A DNA stretch of 64,000 nucleotides from Candidatus Micrarchaeota archaeon (GCA_021789155.1 JAJYJW010000001.1:1473-65472); one strand, 5' to 3'; numbered from the stretch's first letter, positions 27,570-36,790 are shown. The notes: a model not told the origin generated them from the letters alone. Numbers and translations: made by a program.

Positions 27570-27787
27570 GCTTGTTTTGGGGGATTGTGATTTCGATAAC
27601 GATGCTTGCTGCGTTCGCTTTGTTTTACTCCGCAAATTTGTATGTGCAATCAATACATATTGAATATTCGCTTTACAGATCCGCGGGAGACAGCAGACTG
27701 CAGTCGTTAACTACCTATTTCTGGCAGTGCAACTATGAGGCCATGGTCCTTGGGATAAACAACATTGAGAATGGCACATGGTGCTGA
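27566..27787 (+). CDS. small N-terminally anchored protein, last gene of the pilus operon
   Basis: ATGA overlap with the upstream gene. MSLFWGIVISITMLAAFALFY hydrophobic N-terminus. Confidence 0.4.
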   Translation: MSLFWGIVISITMLAAFALFYSANLYVQSIHIEYSLYRSAGDSRLQSLTTYFWQCNYEAMVLGINNIENGTWC

Positions 27788-27839
27788 AATCCCGGAAAAG
27801 CACAACATATAAATAGCGTATTCGACAAAAGAGCATTAT

Positions 27840-27924
27840 GGCCTTGGTGGTGTAACGGCGGCACGGAAGGCTGTGGACCTTCAAGACCGGGTCCGACATA
27901 AAAACGGAAATCCCGGCCTAGGCC
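27840..27924 (+). tRNA. tRNA-His (anticodon GUG) with encoded G-1 and ~13-nt insertion in the T-loop
   Basis: G(-1)+GCCTTGG / CCTAGGC+C (one U-U mismatch); D arm GTGT-AACGGCG-GCAC; anticodon arm GAAGG-CTGTGGA-CCTTC; T stem CCGGG/CCCGG enclosing 20 nt (TCCGACATAAAAACGGAAAT) instead of 7. Confidence 0.65.
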
Positions 27925-27933
27925 TATTCTAAT

Positions 27934-29472
27934 TCAGAACAAGTACAGACTTATTAGCCTTATAATCTTCTTGAGGAACTTAACGAACGAGTTCGAATTC
28001 CACTTGACATCTCCGACGAACTGCTTGTATCTTTGCTTTTCCTCAGGAGTTAGTTTTCCTTCCTTGACCCTTTCGGTTCTCTTTCCATCTACTACTTCCA
28101 CTTCGGTTTTGCTGATTATGTCTTTCTTGATCATCCCATACCATTCGTCAAGGGAATTACCATGTTTCCTAATCTCCACTAAGAAGTCCTTTGTCTTTAG
28201 CTTCCTCTTCCTTCCAGTCCTATCCTCTTCTGCAGCAACACGCAAAGCCGCATCATCGCATATTTCCTGTATGTCTGCATGCGAGAATCCTATTGTTGCG
28301 CGTGCCAATCTACCGAAGGCTACGCTACCTACCGGCATATTCCTTGTTTGGTATATGAAAGCACCTTTCCTTTCCTTCAAGTTGGGCGGCCTCAGATATA
28401 TTGACTTGCCAAACCTGCCGCTTCTCTTCAAGGCAGGGTCCATATCCCAAGGTTGGTTCGTCGCGCCAACTACGAATATGCCCTCTGGGTTTTTCTCTAT
28501 GCCGTCTAGTTCCTGAAGGAACTGGTTTACTGCCATGCGCATGCCGCTGCCACCACCTCCGCCGCTTTCGCTGTCCCTCTTCGTACCTAAAGCGTCTACT
28601 TCATCGAAGAATAACAGGCAGGGAGCATTTTTTCTAGCATTTTCGAATATTGCATGCATGTTTTTCTCGGTATTACCTGCATACATGTCCACTATCTGGT
28701 TTATGTTGGCGAGTATTACGCCCGAGCCAGTTTCTCCGCTGACTGCTCTTATGAAATTGGTTTTTCCACAACCTGGTGGCCCATAGAATAGAACTCCTAC
28801 GCCTATCTTCTTGCCATAAGATTTGAGAAGTTCTGGTTTTTTTATCGCAAGTGTAACATTCTGGTATATGAATTCCTTCTCCTTGTCCATTCCTACTATG
28901 TCCCTAAACGTAGATGTGAAGTGCCTAACGTCCACCTGCTTTATCTGGCCCTCTTCTATTACTGTTCCGGTTTGCTGGGTTTGCGGTGACGCCTTTGCTA
29001 CCCCGACGTTTATGCCAGGAGCACCTTGCTGGGCCATTGCAGCCTCGGATTTGGTACTTATGCCAAGTTTCTCGTTGACCTGTGCGAGTTTGGTTTTCGC
29101 CGGAGCATATGTAGGGTTTTTCTCTAGGGCCTTATTGAACCATTCCTTTGCTCCCTGATAATCTTTCTGAGACTCGTAGATTATACCCATTATGTAAGGG
29201 GCATCGTGGCTATCTGGTTCTTTCTTCATTACCTGCTCTATGTCGCGCTCTGCCAAATCATATTTGTTGGTTATTGCATAGGATAATGCCCTGTTGAAAT
29301 ATGCGCTCGAATAATCTGGATCTAGATTTATTGCCTGTGAATAGAGTTCGATCGCTTCGTCGAACTTGTTGTCTTCGAATAAGTTGCCAGCTTTTGTGTA
29401 AAGTTCCTTTGCGAGTGGGTTTGCCGTTCCTCCCTTTCCCGCCGGTTTGTTCTCTTCAGGCATTATACTCAT
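27934..29472 (-). CDS. TPR-repeat AAA+ ATPase (single classical AAA module)
   Basis: N-terminal TPR repeats (FDEAIELYSQAINLDPDYSSAYFNRALSY..). Walker A FYGPPGCGKT, Walker B LLFFDEVDAL, second region of homology GATNQPWDMDPALKRSGRF. Confidence 0.8.
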   Translation of the reverse strand: MSIMPEENKPAGKGGTANPLAKELYTKAGNLFEDNKFDEAIELYSQAINLDPDYSSAYFNRALSYAITNKYDLAERDIEQVMKKEPDSHDAPYIMGIIYESQKDYQGAKEWFNKALEKNPTYAPAKTKLAQVNEKLGISTKSEAAMAQQGAPGINVGVAKASPQTQQTGTVIEEGQIKQVDVRHFTSTFRDIVGMDKEKEFIYQNVTLAIKKPELLKSYGKKIGVGVLFYGPPGCGKTNFIRAVSGETGSGVILANINQIVDMYAGNTEKNMHAIFENARKNAPCLLFFDEVDALGTKRDSESGGGGGSGMRMAVNQFLQELDGIEKNPEGIFVVGATNQPWDMDPALKRSGRFGKSIYLRPPNLKERKGAFIYQTRNMPVGSVAFGRLARATIGFSHADIQEICDDAALRVAAEEDRTGRKRKLKTKDFLVEIRKHGNSLDEWYGMIKKDIISKTEVEVVDGKRTERVKEGKLTPEEKQRYKQFVGDVKWNSNSFVKFLKKIIRLISLYLF

Positions 29473-29954
29473 CCTAACTTTGCTTGGAAGGACTCGTTGC
29501 TTTCATTTTCATTTGTTCCTGTTGTTCCATCCCTTTCTTTCTTGTCAAGCAGTTTATTAAGCTCTGAATCCACCAAGGTAATATACTTATTTTCTCTCGG
29601 CACATTTATAAACTTGCAACTTGCGAGCTTAGATTCGGCATATTTTGCTTTGGTATGCAGGCTTCTCAGCGCATCGCTCTTCACTTTGAACTTCCCGTTG
29701 ATTTGGTTGACGATCAGATTGCTATCAGAACGCAAAGTAATTCTTGACTCTTTTCCATACATGGATGAGGCATATTCCAACGCGGCTATTACTGCTTTGT
29801 ATTCGGCGACGTTGTTCGTGGTTATGCCGTTGTAGAATATTTTCTTTGCTAGGAGTTTTTCCTTCGAATCGAGTATGAAGAATCCTGACGAGCTCGGCCC
29901 TGGATTGCCCCTCGCCGCCCCATCAGTATATATTAAAAGATCCACGAAACTCAC
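29469..29954 (-). CDS. rnhA: ribonuclease HI
   Basis: IYTDGAARGNPGPSSSGF, NNVAEYKAVIAALE, SDSNLIVNQING (D-E-D catalytic context). ATGA overlap with the downstream AAA gene. Confidence 0.8.
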   Translation of the reverse strand: MSFVDLLIYTDGAARGNPGPSSSGFFILDSKEKLLAKKIFYNGITTNNVAEYKAVIAALEYASSMYGKESRITLRSDSNLIVNQINGKFKVKSDALRSLHTKAKYAESKLASCKFINVPRENKYITLVDSELNKLLDKKERDGTTGTNENESNESFQAKLG

Positions 29955-30043
29955 TCCCGATTGAAAATATACAATAAGGAACGTATATGTGAAATATAAA
30001 CCTTATAGAAAAAGATGGCCTGTATTGAACAGGCCGGAAAGGA

Positions 30044-30271
30044 TTATCTCCTTCCCTTTCTGTTCATCTTTGCCCTTGCTACGAAGCCGCCCTTGTCAAG
30101 GAAGTATAGGAAGCCTTCTGCCCTGCTGATTTTCTCGCTTCCGACCTTTGCCTTTCTTCCTCTTGGGTTTATCTTCTTCATTGGAGTTTTCCAGACATAC
30201 CCGTCTTTTCCTATGTAATACAGGTATCCGTCTTCTCTGCTGATTTTCTCTTTACCAATTCTCTCTGCCAT
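30044..30271 (-). CDS. small basic protein with internal tandem duplication (75 aa)
   Basis: Two copies of EKISR[EA][DE]G[YF]LY[YF][IL].K.G[YF]V separated by a K/R-rich linker. Ends in NRKGRR. Confidence 0.5.
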   Translation of the reverse strand: MAERIGKEKISREDGYLYYIGKDGYVWKTPMKKINPRGRKAKVGSEKISRAEGFLYFLDKGGFVARAKMNRKGRR

Positions 30272-30474
30272 TTTTTCACCGAGTATATCTACCGATATAG
30301 TTTTATAAACTTATCGACGTAATGCCGACAGTAAAATACACGTCATGTCGTTTATAAATACTGACGGAAAGCGAAATTGACGAGGAATTGACGGCTATTT
30401 ACGCGTGTAATTTGTGTTGTTTTTGACTGTGAAAACACGCAAGCGATTTTATATTTAATCATGCAATATAAGTT

Positions 30475-32130
30475 ATGCCTACTAAATTTATAGTTATCCT
30501 TGGATCATTAATGAGCGGCTTGGGAAAAGGGATCGCATCTTCTTCTATAATGAAAATACTCGATTTTTACGACTACAAAGTTCTTCCCGTCAAGTTCGAC
30601 GGATATTTGAATTATGACTGCGGAACCATGAATCCATTTAGGCATGGAGAAGTTTTCGTGTTCGATGATAAAAGCGAAGTTGACATGGATTTCGGGATGT
30701 ATGAAAGATTTCTCGACAAATCCCTCACCGGAGAAAACTCCATTACTGGGGGCAAACTGTTCAGCAAAATAATCCAGAAGGAAAGAAAAGGAGACTTTCT
30801 CGGCAGAGACGTGCAGATCATACCCCATTTGACGGATATGATAATAGAAAACGTAATGAATATTGCAGAAACTCAGAAACCAGAGGTATTAGTTATTGAA
30901 GTTGGAGGCACGGTTGGAGACATAGAAAACGGATATTTCATAGAGGCAATGAGACAGTTGTCTTTGAAGGAAAAGGTTGTATTTGTAGACGTGACTTATG
31001 TGCCAAAGTTAAGTGCAGTTGGAGAGCAAAAGACAAAACCCACACAACTTGCATACAGGGCAATGATGCAAAGTGGCATACATCCGGATTACATCTTATG
31101 CAGATGCGAAGAACCCCTTGAAGACGAAGCCAGAAACAAAATTGCACTATTCACCAGCTTGAATCCGGAGCGGGTAATTGATGATGGGACGCTGTCCACA
31201 CTTTACAGCATACCTTTGCATTTCATGAAGCAAAAACTTGACACCATGCTTATAGAGCAACTACAGCTGGAGAATAAAAATATAAACAAGGGAAAATTAG
31301 ATGACTGGAAGGCAAGACTTGAACGCACGCTGAATCCAGCAAAAAGAGTCAGAGTTGCGGTTGTTGGAAAATACATTAAATTACATGACTCTTACATAAG
31401 CGTTAAGGAATCGCTAGTGCATGCTGGTGCCGCACACAACACCGGAATAGACATCAAATGGGTGGAATCGGAGTTGCTTGAAAAAGGAGACGCAAACAAG
31501 GAGCTTGAAGGAATTGATGGGATAATAGTGCCCGGAGGATTCGGCAAGAGGGGCATTGAGGGGATGATTAACGCAATTCAATATGCAAGAGAGAAACACA
31601 TACCCTATATGGGACTTTGCTTGGGAATGCAACTAATGGCGATAGAATTCGCGAGAAACGTATGCAAGCTTGATGGCGCAAGCAGTTCAGAATTCGATCC
31701 TGATGCAAAGCATAAAGTGATTGACATAATGGAAGAGCAGAAAAGCATTAACGAAAAGGGAGGCACTATGCGTCTTGGGGCATGGGAATGCAAGCTCCAT
31801 GGAACGGATACTATAGCGTACAAAGCATACAAAAAAGAGCAAATAAGCGAGAGGCATAGGCACAGATACGAATTCAACAACCAGTATAAAGATCGGATGA
31901 CCGACAACGGTTTGATTGTATCCGGAACCACGACTGACGGAAAGCTCGTTGAGTTCATAGAATGGAAGAACTCTTTCGGAATAGGAACACAGGCCCACCC
32001 CGAATTGAAATCCAGATTCTGCGCACCTGCACCATTATTCTTGAGTTTCGTTGATGCTGCAATAACCAAACATTATGGAGTTATGGAAGAGAACATAAGT
32101 ACAACCTCAAGTAAGGAACGAACGCAGTAA
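30475..32130 (+). CDS. pyrG: CTP synthase
   Basis: GSLMSGLGKGI, EVGGTVGDIE, and a glutamine amidotransferase domain with GLCLGMQ. Confidence 0.95.
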   Translation: MPTKFIVILGSLMSGLGKGIASSSIMKILDFYDYKVLPVKFDGYLNYDCGTMNPFRHGEVFVFDDKSEVDMDFGMYERFLDKSLTGENSITGGKLFSKIIQKERKGDFLGRDVQIIPHLTDMIIENVMNIAETQKPEVLVIEVGGTVGDIENGYFIEAMRQLSLKEKVVFVDVTYVPKLSAVGEQKTKPTQLAYRAMMQSGIHPDYILCRCEEPLEDEARNKIALFTSLNPERVIDDGTLSTLYSIPLHFMKQKLDTMLIEQLQLENKNINKGKLDDWKARLERTLNPAKRVRVAVVGKYIKLHDSYISVKESLVHAGAAHNTGIDIKWVESELLEKGDANKELEGIDGIIVPGGFGKRGIEGMINAIQYAREKHIPYMGLCLGMQLMAIEFARNVCKLDGASSSEFDPDAKHKVIDIMEEQKSINEKGGTMRLGAWECKLHGTDTIAYKAYKKEQISERHRHRYEFNNQYKDRMTDNGLIVSGTTTDGKLVEFIEWKNSFGIGTQAHPELKSRFCAPAPLFLSFVDAAITKHYGVMEENISTTSSKERTQ

Positions 32131-32799
32131 CGCGACAGCTTGCGGCAGAGACGCTTTCGATGTTCCATACTTTCTGTTTCTGAAGGTATAGCTTATCTCG
32201 CTCATTCTAAGAGTATGTTTTGGGATGCATTTTAGGAAATCGAAAAGCACCTTGTAGCCATATCCGACGAACCTTTTCTTATTAGACGAGTATATGTCCA
32301 GGAAAAGAGTTCGTTCTACTCCGAAAAATCCAGAGAATACGTCATCGCAGGATTCTGCATTGCGTGCTGCCAAAGTCAATTCAGCGAGCTTCATGAGCGT
32401 TTTAGATATTATTTGACGATAAAGTGGCCATTCCTCCACCTTCTTTCTAGTCCCCACGCATAAATTAGAACCGTTCAGCAGATTCGAATGTATGTTTTTT
32501 ATTTTTTCAAATGGATGCTGCAGATCCGCATCCATAACTATCACGAATTTGGTTTTTGAATGCGTAATTCCGTATATTATGCTTGCGGTCAGTCCTTTTC
32601 CTAGATTCCTCTTCGACCTATCGAAAAATCCAACGCCTTTGAATTTTGCTACCTCCTCTTTTGTGGAATCTGTTGAACCGTCGTCTACGACGATTATCCT
32701 GATTCCATCGAAATTATTCCGAACCCCGCTTATTACCTTGCTTATGTTTCGCGCTTCGTTCAGTGTGGGCAATACCAAGGTCGTGTCCGCAAAATTCAT
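32107..32799 (-). CDS. family 2 glycosyltransferase (dolichyl-phosphate sugar synthase-like)
   Basis: LVLPTLNEARNI, IIVVDDGSTDST, VIVMDADLQHP. ATGA overlap with the upstream flippase gene. Confidence 0.8.
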   Translation of the reverse strand: MNFADTTLVLPTLNEARNISKVISGVRNNFDGIRIIVVDDGSTDSTKEEVAKFKGVGFFDRSKRNLGKGLTASIIYGITHSKTKFVIVMDADLQHPFEKIKNIHSNLLNGSNLCVGTRKKVEEWPLYRQIISKTLMKLAELTLAARNAESCDDVFSGFFGVERTLFLDIYSSNKKRFVGYGYKVLFDFLKCIPKHTLRMSEISYTFRNRKYGTSKASLPQAVALLRSFLT

Positions 32800-34385
32800 G
32801 CATTCACTTGGTCGTCATTTTGGTACATGTTGATGAAAATAGAAGAATATGCTTTGAACAACCCGAACGCCATGCCGACAATCTTCGCGTCGGGAAGAAC
32901 CGATTTCACCGTATTTAGTGCCTCATGGTCTACTGCCCTGAAAGTTGCAAGAATAGGCGGATAGAGCAAGCAGGTTGCAACAGCTCCAGCTACAAGTTGC
33001 AATATTGAGTTTCCAAACGTCGGCATAAAGTATAGTATCATTAGAAGAACGCACGAACTCGCTGCGAGTCTTATCAGCATACGATAGTCGAGTTTTATCG
33101 AGAACATCCTTTTCAGGTTCATAGAGTACAATAGCAAGTTCACAATATTGCCTATGTAATATATCGCTATTATTAGGCCGATTGCGCCGAATCTTGGAAC
33201 AAGAAGGAGCAACGCAGCCAGCTGCACGACGCTTGACGAGAAAGAGTAGATGAAAAGTTCCTTCGTCTTGTTGCTAGATATGAATAAGTTGGCCGCATTG
33301 GTCACCACGAATCCCAGCGCAACGCCTGCAGACAGCAAACTTATCATTAGCGGCGCAGAACTGTAGCTTTGGGTAAACATAACCTTTATCAGAGGGACTG
33401 AGAACACTGCTATGAACACTATTATGGGAAGGAGGAAGAGCATTGAGTAGTATGTCGAATAGTTCAACGCTTTTTCTATGTCGTGGCTGTGTTTCTCTGA
33501 TGATAGAACCATTGAGAATGCCTGAATTAGAACCGTGGCCATGACCCCGTAGAGGAAAATCACAACCCCTATGCTCTTCATCGCAGCACCATAATTTCCA
33601 GAAATAATGCTCCCTGCGTAATAACCCAAAAGCAGCGTGCTTGCATTTGCGACTATTGTGGTGACTATGTTGTTTGCGGTTAAAGGTATCGAGAACTTCA
33701 GGATTTTCGAGAGCTCGAGTTTGCTTAGGTTCTTTATTGCAATCCACGAACCCGCGGGGATGCTATTCGACAGGAAGAGCAGCGACACCACCATCCCAAT
33801 GACGTCTCCAGCCAGCATGCCCACTATAGCCCCGTTAACTCCGAATCCCATTTTAATTAGGAGAAAGCCCGCCACTATCTGCGCGAAACTAACTATGACC
33901 GTAGTCCTCGCCGATGAACCGCCGTCGCCGAAACCTATCAGCGCCATGTAAGTCACCCCCCAGAATATGCTTGCTATAACATCCATTGAAGCTAGCATGA
34001 AAGTTAGTGGAGGTATGCCTATTTTGTTAAGGTAGGATGAGGCTACGAAGCTTCCCAATAATGCCAATATCAAGAGTATTGCAGAGCCTATAACCACGAG
34101 AACGTATCCGTTCGCTAGCGTTGCTATTGCCTGATCCTTATCCTTTTTGTAGGAGTTTTCAGCAAGGCCTTTCGTGAAATAGCTTCCCACACCTAGATGG
34201 CTTACGGAACCGAATATGCCTGCATAACCCAATGCTATGATGTAAACCCCGAAATCACTTGGGCCGAGCTCCCTGGCGAAAAGAAGCACTATCAATATTG
34301 TTATCGCAAGGCTCAGCACCTTGCCTATCGAACTGAGATAAAGCGTGGTAGACGCTTTTTTCCCTATATTGGCGAATTCGGACAT
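32796..34385 (-). CDS. polysaccharide/oligosaccharide flippase (MOP/Wzx superfamily)
   Basis: 529 aa with ~14 TM helices and the typical Wzx-like N-terminus (..TTLYLSSIGKVLSLAITILIVLLFAR.LGP..FG). Confidence 0.7.
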   Translation of the reverse strand: MSEFANIGKKASTTLYLSSIGKVLSLAITILIVLLFARELGPSDFGVYIIALGYAGIFGSVSHLGVGSYFTKGLAENSYKKDKDQAIATLANGYVLVVIGSAILLILALLGSFVASSYLNKIGIPPLTFMLASMDVIASIFWGVTYMALIGFGDGGSSARTTVIVSFAQIVAGFLLIKMGFGVNGAIVGMLAGDVIGMVVSLLFLSNSIPAGSWIAIKNLSKLELSKILKFSIPLTANNIVTTIVANASTLLLGYYAGSIISGNYGAAMKSIGVVIFLYGVMATVLIQAFSMVLSSEKHSHDIEKALNYSTYYSMLFLLPIIVFIAVFSVPLIKVMFTQSYSSAPLMISLLSAGVALGFVVTNAANLFISSNKTKELFIYSFSSSVVQLAALLLLVPRFGAIGLIIAIYYIGNIVNLLLYSMNLKRMFSIKLDYRMLIRLAASSCVLLMILYFMPTFGNSILQLVAGAVATCLLYPPILATFRAVDHEALNTVKSVLPDAKIVGMAFGLFKAYSSIFINMYQNDDQVNA

Positions 34386-34438
34386 TATATCAATGGTATA
34401 TTTATAGTTTAATGAGATAAAGTGTATCTCGTGAGCTC

Positions 34439-36667
34439 ATGCAGTTAAACATGATTATTAGCAAAGCCAAGAAATATATTAATTATGAACTGCTCGCAGT
34501 ATTCCTGATATTTCTGGGTATTGCCGCAATAGTGCTGTGGCCGGTTGCAGCGAATCCTTCTAACACAACGCTTAATGGTGGCTCGGACCTATACCAAACG
34601 CTTTGGGGATTATGGTGGGTGCCTTATTCTATATTCACTCTCCACACAACGCCTTTCTTCACCAATCTGTTATACTACCCAATAGGCGCAAACCTCGTAT
34701 CGCAAACCATGCTGCCCCTTGCAGCAATTATTGCCGCGCCATTTCAGGCCTTTGGCACGATATTCGAATACAACGTCCTGCTTTTTCTCTCTTTCGCGCT
34801 TTCCGGATTGTTCATGTTCGTACTGGCAAAGCACATAACCAAAGAGAGATATTCGGCATTCATAGCAGGTACAGTATTCGCATTCAGCAGTTTCCATATG
34901 GCACATGCATTCGCCGGCCACCTTGATGTTGCAAGCATCGAATTCATGCCGTTATTCGTATACTTGATAATACGCATGCGCGAAACGCAGCATTGGAAAT
35001 ATGGGGTTTATGCAGGGATAACGTTCCTCCTGCTTTCATTCGGTGCGTTCATACAGTACGGGATAATGGCAGTGCAGATATTCATCGCACTCGCAATTTT
35101 CTATCTCATCACTGTTGACAGAAAAGAATTAGTTACAAAGGAAATGGGAATAAGCATAGCTGCTATGGGGATCACCATACTCCTTGTCGGAGCTTATTTC
35201 ATACTCCCAATAATACATACTACATTGAGCGGAGTAAGCTATGCACAACAAAATGCCACTGCAATAGACGTTTTGTGGAGCACCCCGGTATTGAGCTACT
35301 TCATGCCGAGCGGATACAACAACCTGTTCTCAAGCATATCGAATAGCTACTTCAGCATATTTGCTGCCGGGCCAAGCGAAAGAGTTGCATATGTCGGGTA
35401 TGTTGCCCTTGCACTTGCCATACTCGGGCTGTTTTCCCATGTCGGGGAAAGGAAGGACAAATTGTTATGGTCAAGCATAGTGCTGGTTTCCGCGATACTT
35501 GCCCTGGGCCCATACGTTCAGATAACCGCAAGCGCAACAAGCATACCTGGATTATTCTATGTATATACATTCATACCCATATTCAATCTAATCAGAGAAC
35601 CTGGAAGGTTCAATCTCTTCGTGAGCATGGGCATGGCGATCTTAGCTGCTTTCGGCAGTATTTCAGTGCTTGACTTTGCCAGGAAAAGGTATACAGACGA
35701 AAACAAGGTTATGGCAGTATGCGGGATCCTTGCGCTTCTTATAGTACTTGAAACCGCGGGGATACCTGTAGGCGCTACGTTCATAAACAATTCGTTTGTC
35801 ACGCCGCAAATACCTAAAGCATATGGAGAAATATCAAAGATACCCGGCAATTATTCGATGCTGTTCCTGCCGACGCTGCCAGATTATACGCAGAGCATGC
35901 CTATGCTTTACCAAGGCATGGAAATGTACTACCAAACCATATTCAAAAAGCCGATGATAAACGGTTATGCCACCAGATCAAACAGCACGCAGGCGCAGGC
36001 TGGCCTATTCATACCTATTAGCGTAGCTGCAGCATACCTTAAGAGCGGATATGGTCTTTCGTATCCTACGCCATTGACATACAATGCAAGTAACACGACC
36101 ATGTTCTGGCTCGGCGTGTATAACACGAAGTTTGTAACAGTGTTGAGAAGCGCGTATAACGACAGCCAGCAGCTAGCGTTGGGAACCTATCTTTCGAACA
36201 TGTTCGGCCTGCCCGTTTATCAGGATAACACGACCATGATATTCGAAGTAAACCAGACTAGAGTGCAGCAGGTTGCAAACCAGATCGTTCCTTACACTGT
36301 GGGAACCTGGGTTCCAGGATACACAATATGCGCTTCAATAGGTTGCAATGCCTCTTACAATAATTTGTGGTGGGGCCCTAACATACGCGGAGTCGATATT
36401 TACACAAGGACGCCTAGGCCAAATGCAACAGTGCAATTCGATGCCGCAGGGTATGGAAAGAGCATGCAGGTATTTGTGTACCTTAACTCGTTTAATGCAC
36501 CTGTGAAAACGCTGACGGTTGGGCCCGCTACGAATAGCTTCACCATAAACATGAGCCTTGGTGCAGGGATAAACCAGATGTATTTCGCGTCGCAAAACGC
36601 AACCAGCACTTCAGGCCAACTCCTCCCTAACTATGGAATAGGCAATATTATCATATCTCAACATTAA
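34439..36667 (+). CDS. polytopic membrane protein with large C-terminal extracytoplasmic domain; putative GT-C-type glycosyltransferase
   Basis: About 12 TM helices followed by ~300 aa of soluble, sequon-rich region. Divergent from the flippase/GT2 operon. No WWDxG motif seen, so not called AglB. Confidence 0.4.
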   Translation: MQLNMIISKAKKYINYELLAVFLIFLGIAAIVLWPVAANPSNTTLNGGSDLYQTLWGLWWVPYSIFTLHTTPFFTNLLYYPIGANLVSQTMLPLAAIIAAPFQAFGTIFEYNVLLFLSFALSGLFMFVLAKHITKERYSAFIAGTVFAFSSFHMAHAFAGHLDVASIEFMPLFVYLIIRMRETQHWKYGVYAGITFLLLSFGAFIQYGIMAVQIFIALAIFYLITVDRKELVTKEMGISIAAMGITILLVGAYFILPIIHTTLSGVSYAQQNATAIDVLWSTPVLSYFMPSGYNNLFSSISNSYFSIFAAGPSERVAYVGYVALALAILGLFSHVGERKDKLLWSSIVLVSAILALGPYVQITASATSIPGLFYVYTFIPIFNLIREPGRFNLFVSMGMAILAAFGSISVLDFARKRYTDENKVMAVCGILALLIVLETAGIPVGATFINNSFVTPQIPKAYGEISKIPGNYSMLFLPTLPDYTQSMPMLYQGMEMYYQTIFKKPMINGYATRSNSTQAQAGLFIPISVAAAYLKSGYGLSYPTPLTYNASNTTMFWLGVYNTKFVTVLRSAYNDSQQLALGTYLSNMFGLPVYQDNTTMIFEVNQTRVQQVANQIVPYTVGTWVPGYTICASIGCNASYNNLWWGPNIRGVDIYTRTPRPNATVQFDAAGYGKSMQVFVYLNSFNAPVKTLTVGPATNSFTINMSLGAGINQMYFASQNATSTSGQLLPNYGIGNIIISQH

Positions 36668-36790
36668 TCGATATATGGTAAATATTTTGCCTAATCGTTA
36701 AAACTTTTGGCACAGAAGCTTTAAATAGTTAGGCAAGGTTAAAAGTAGATTAGAGCTGAACGATGAAAAAGGTCGGCTTTGGTGAGAAAA

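Noticed and set aside
34439-36667. Calling the 742-aa membrane protein the oligosaccharyltransferase AglB/STT3.
   Set aside because: No WWDxG-type motif was found by eye (only WGLWWVPY and NLWWGPN), so only a generic GT-C-like call is justified.
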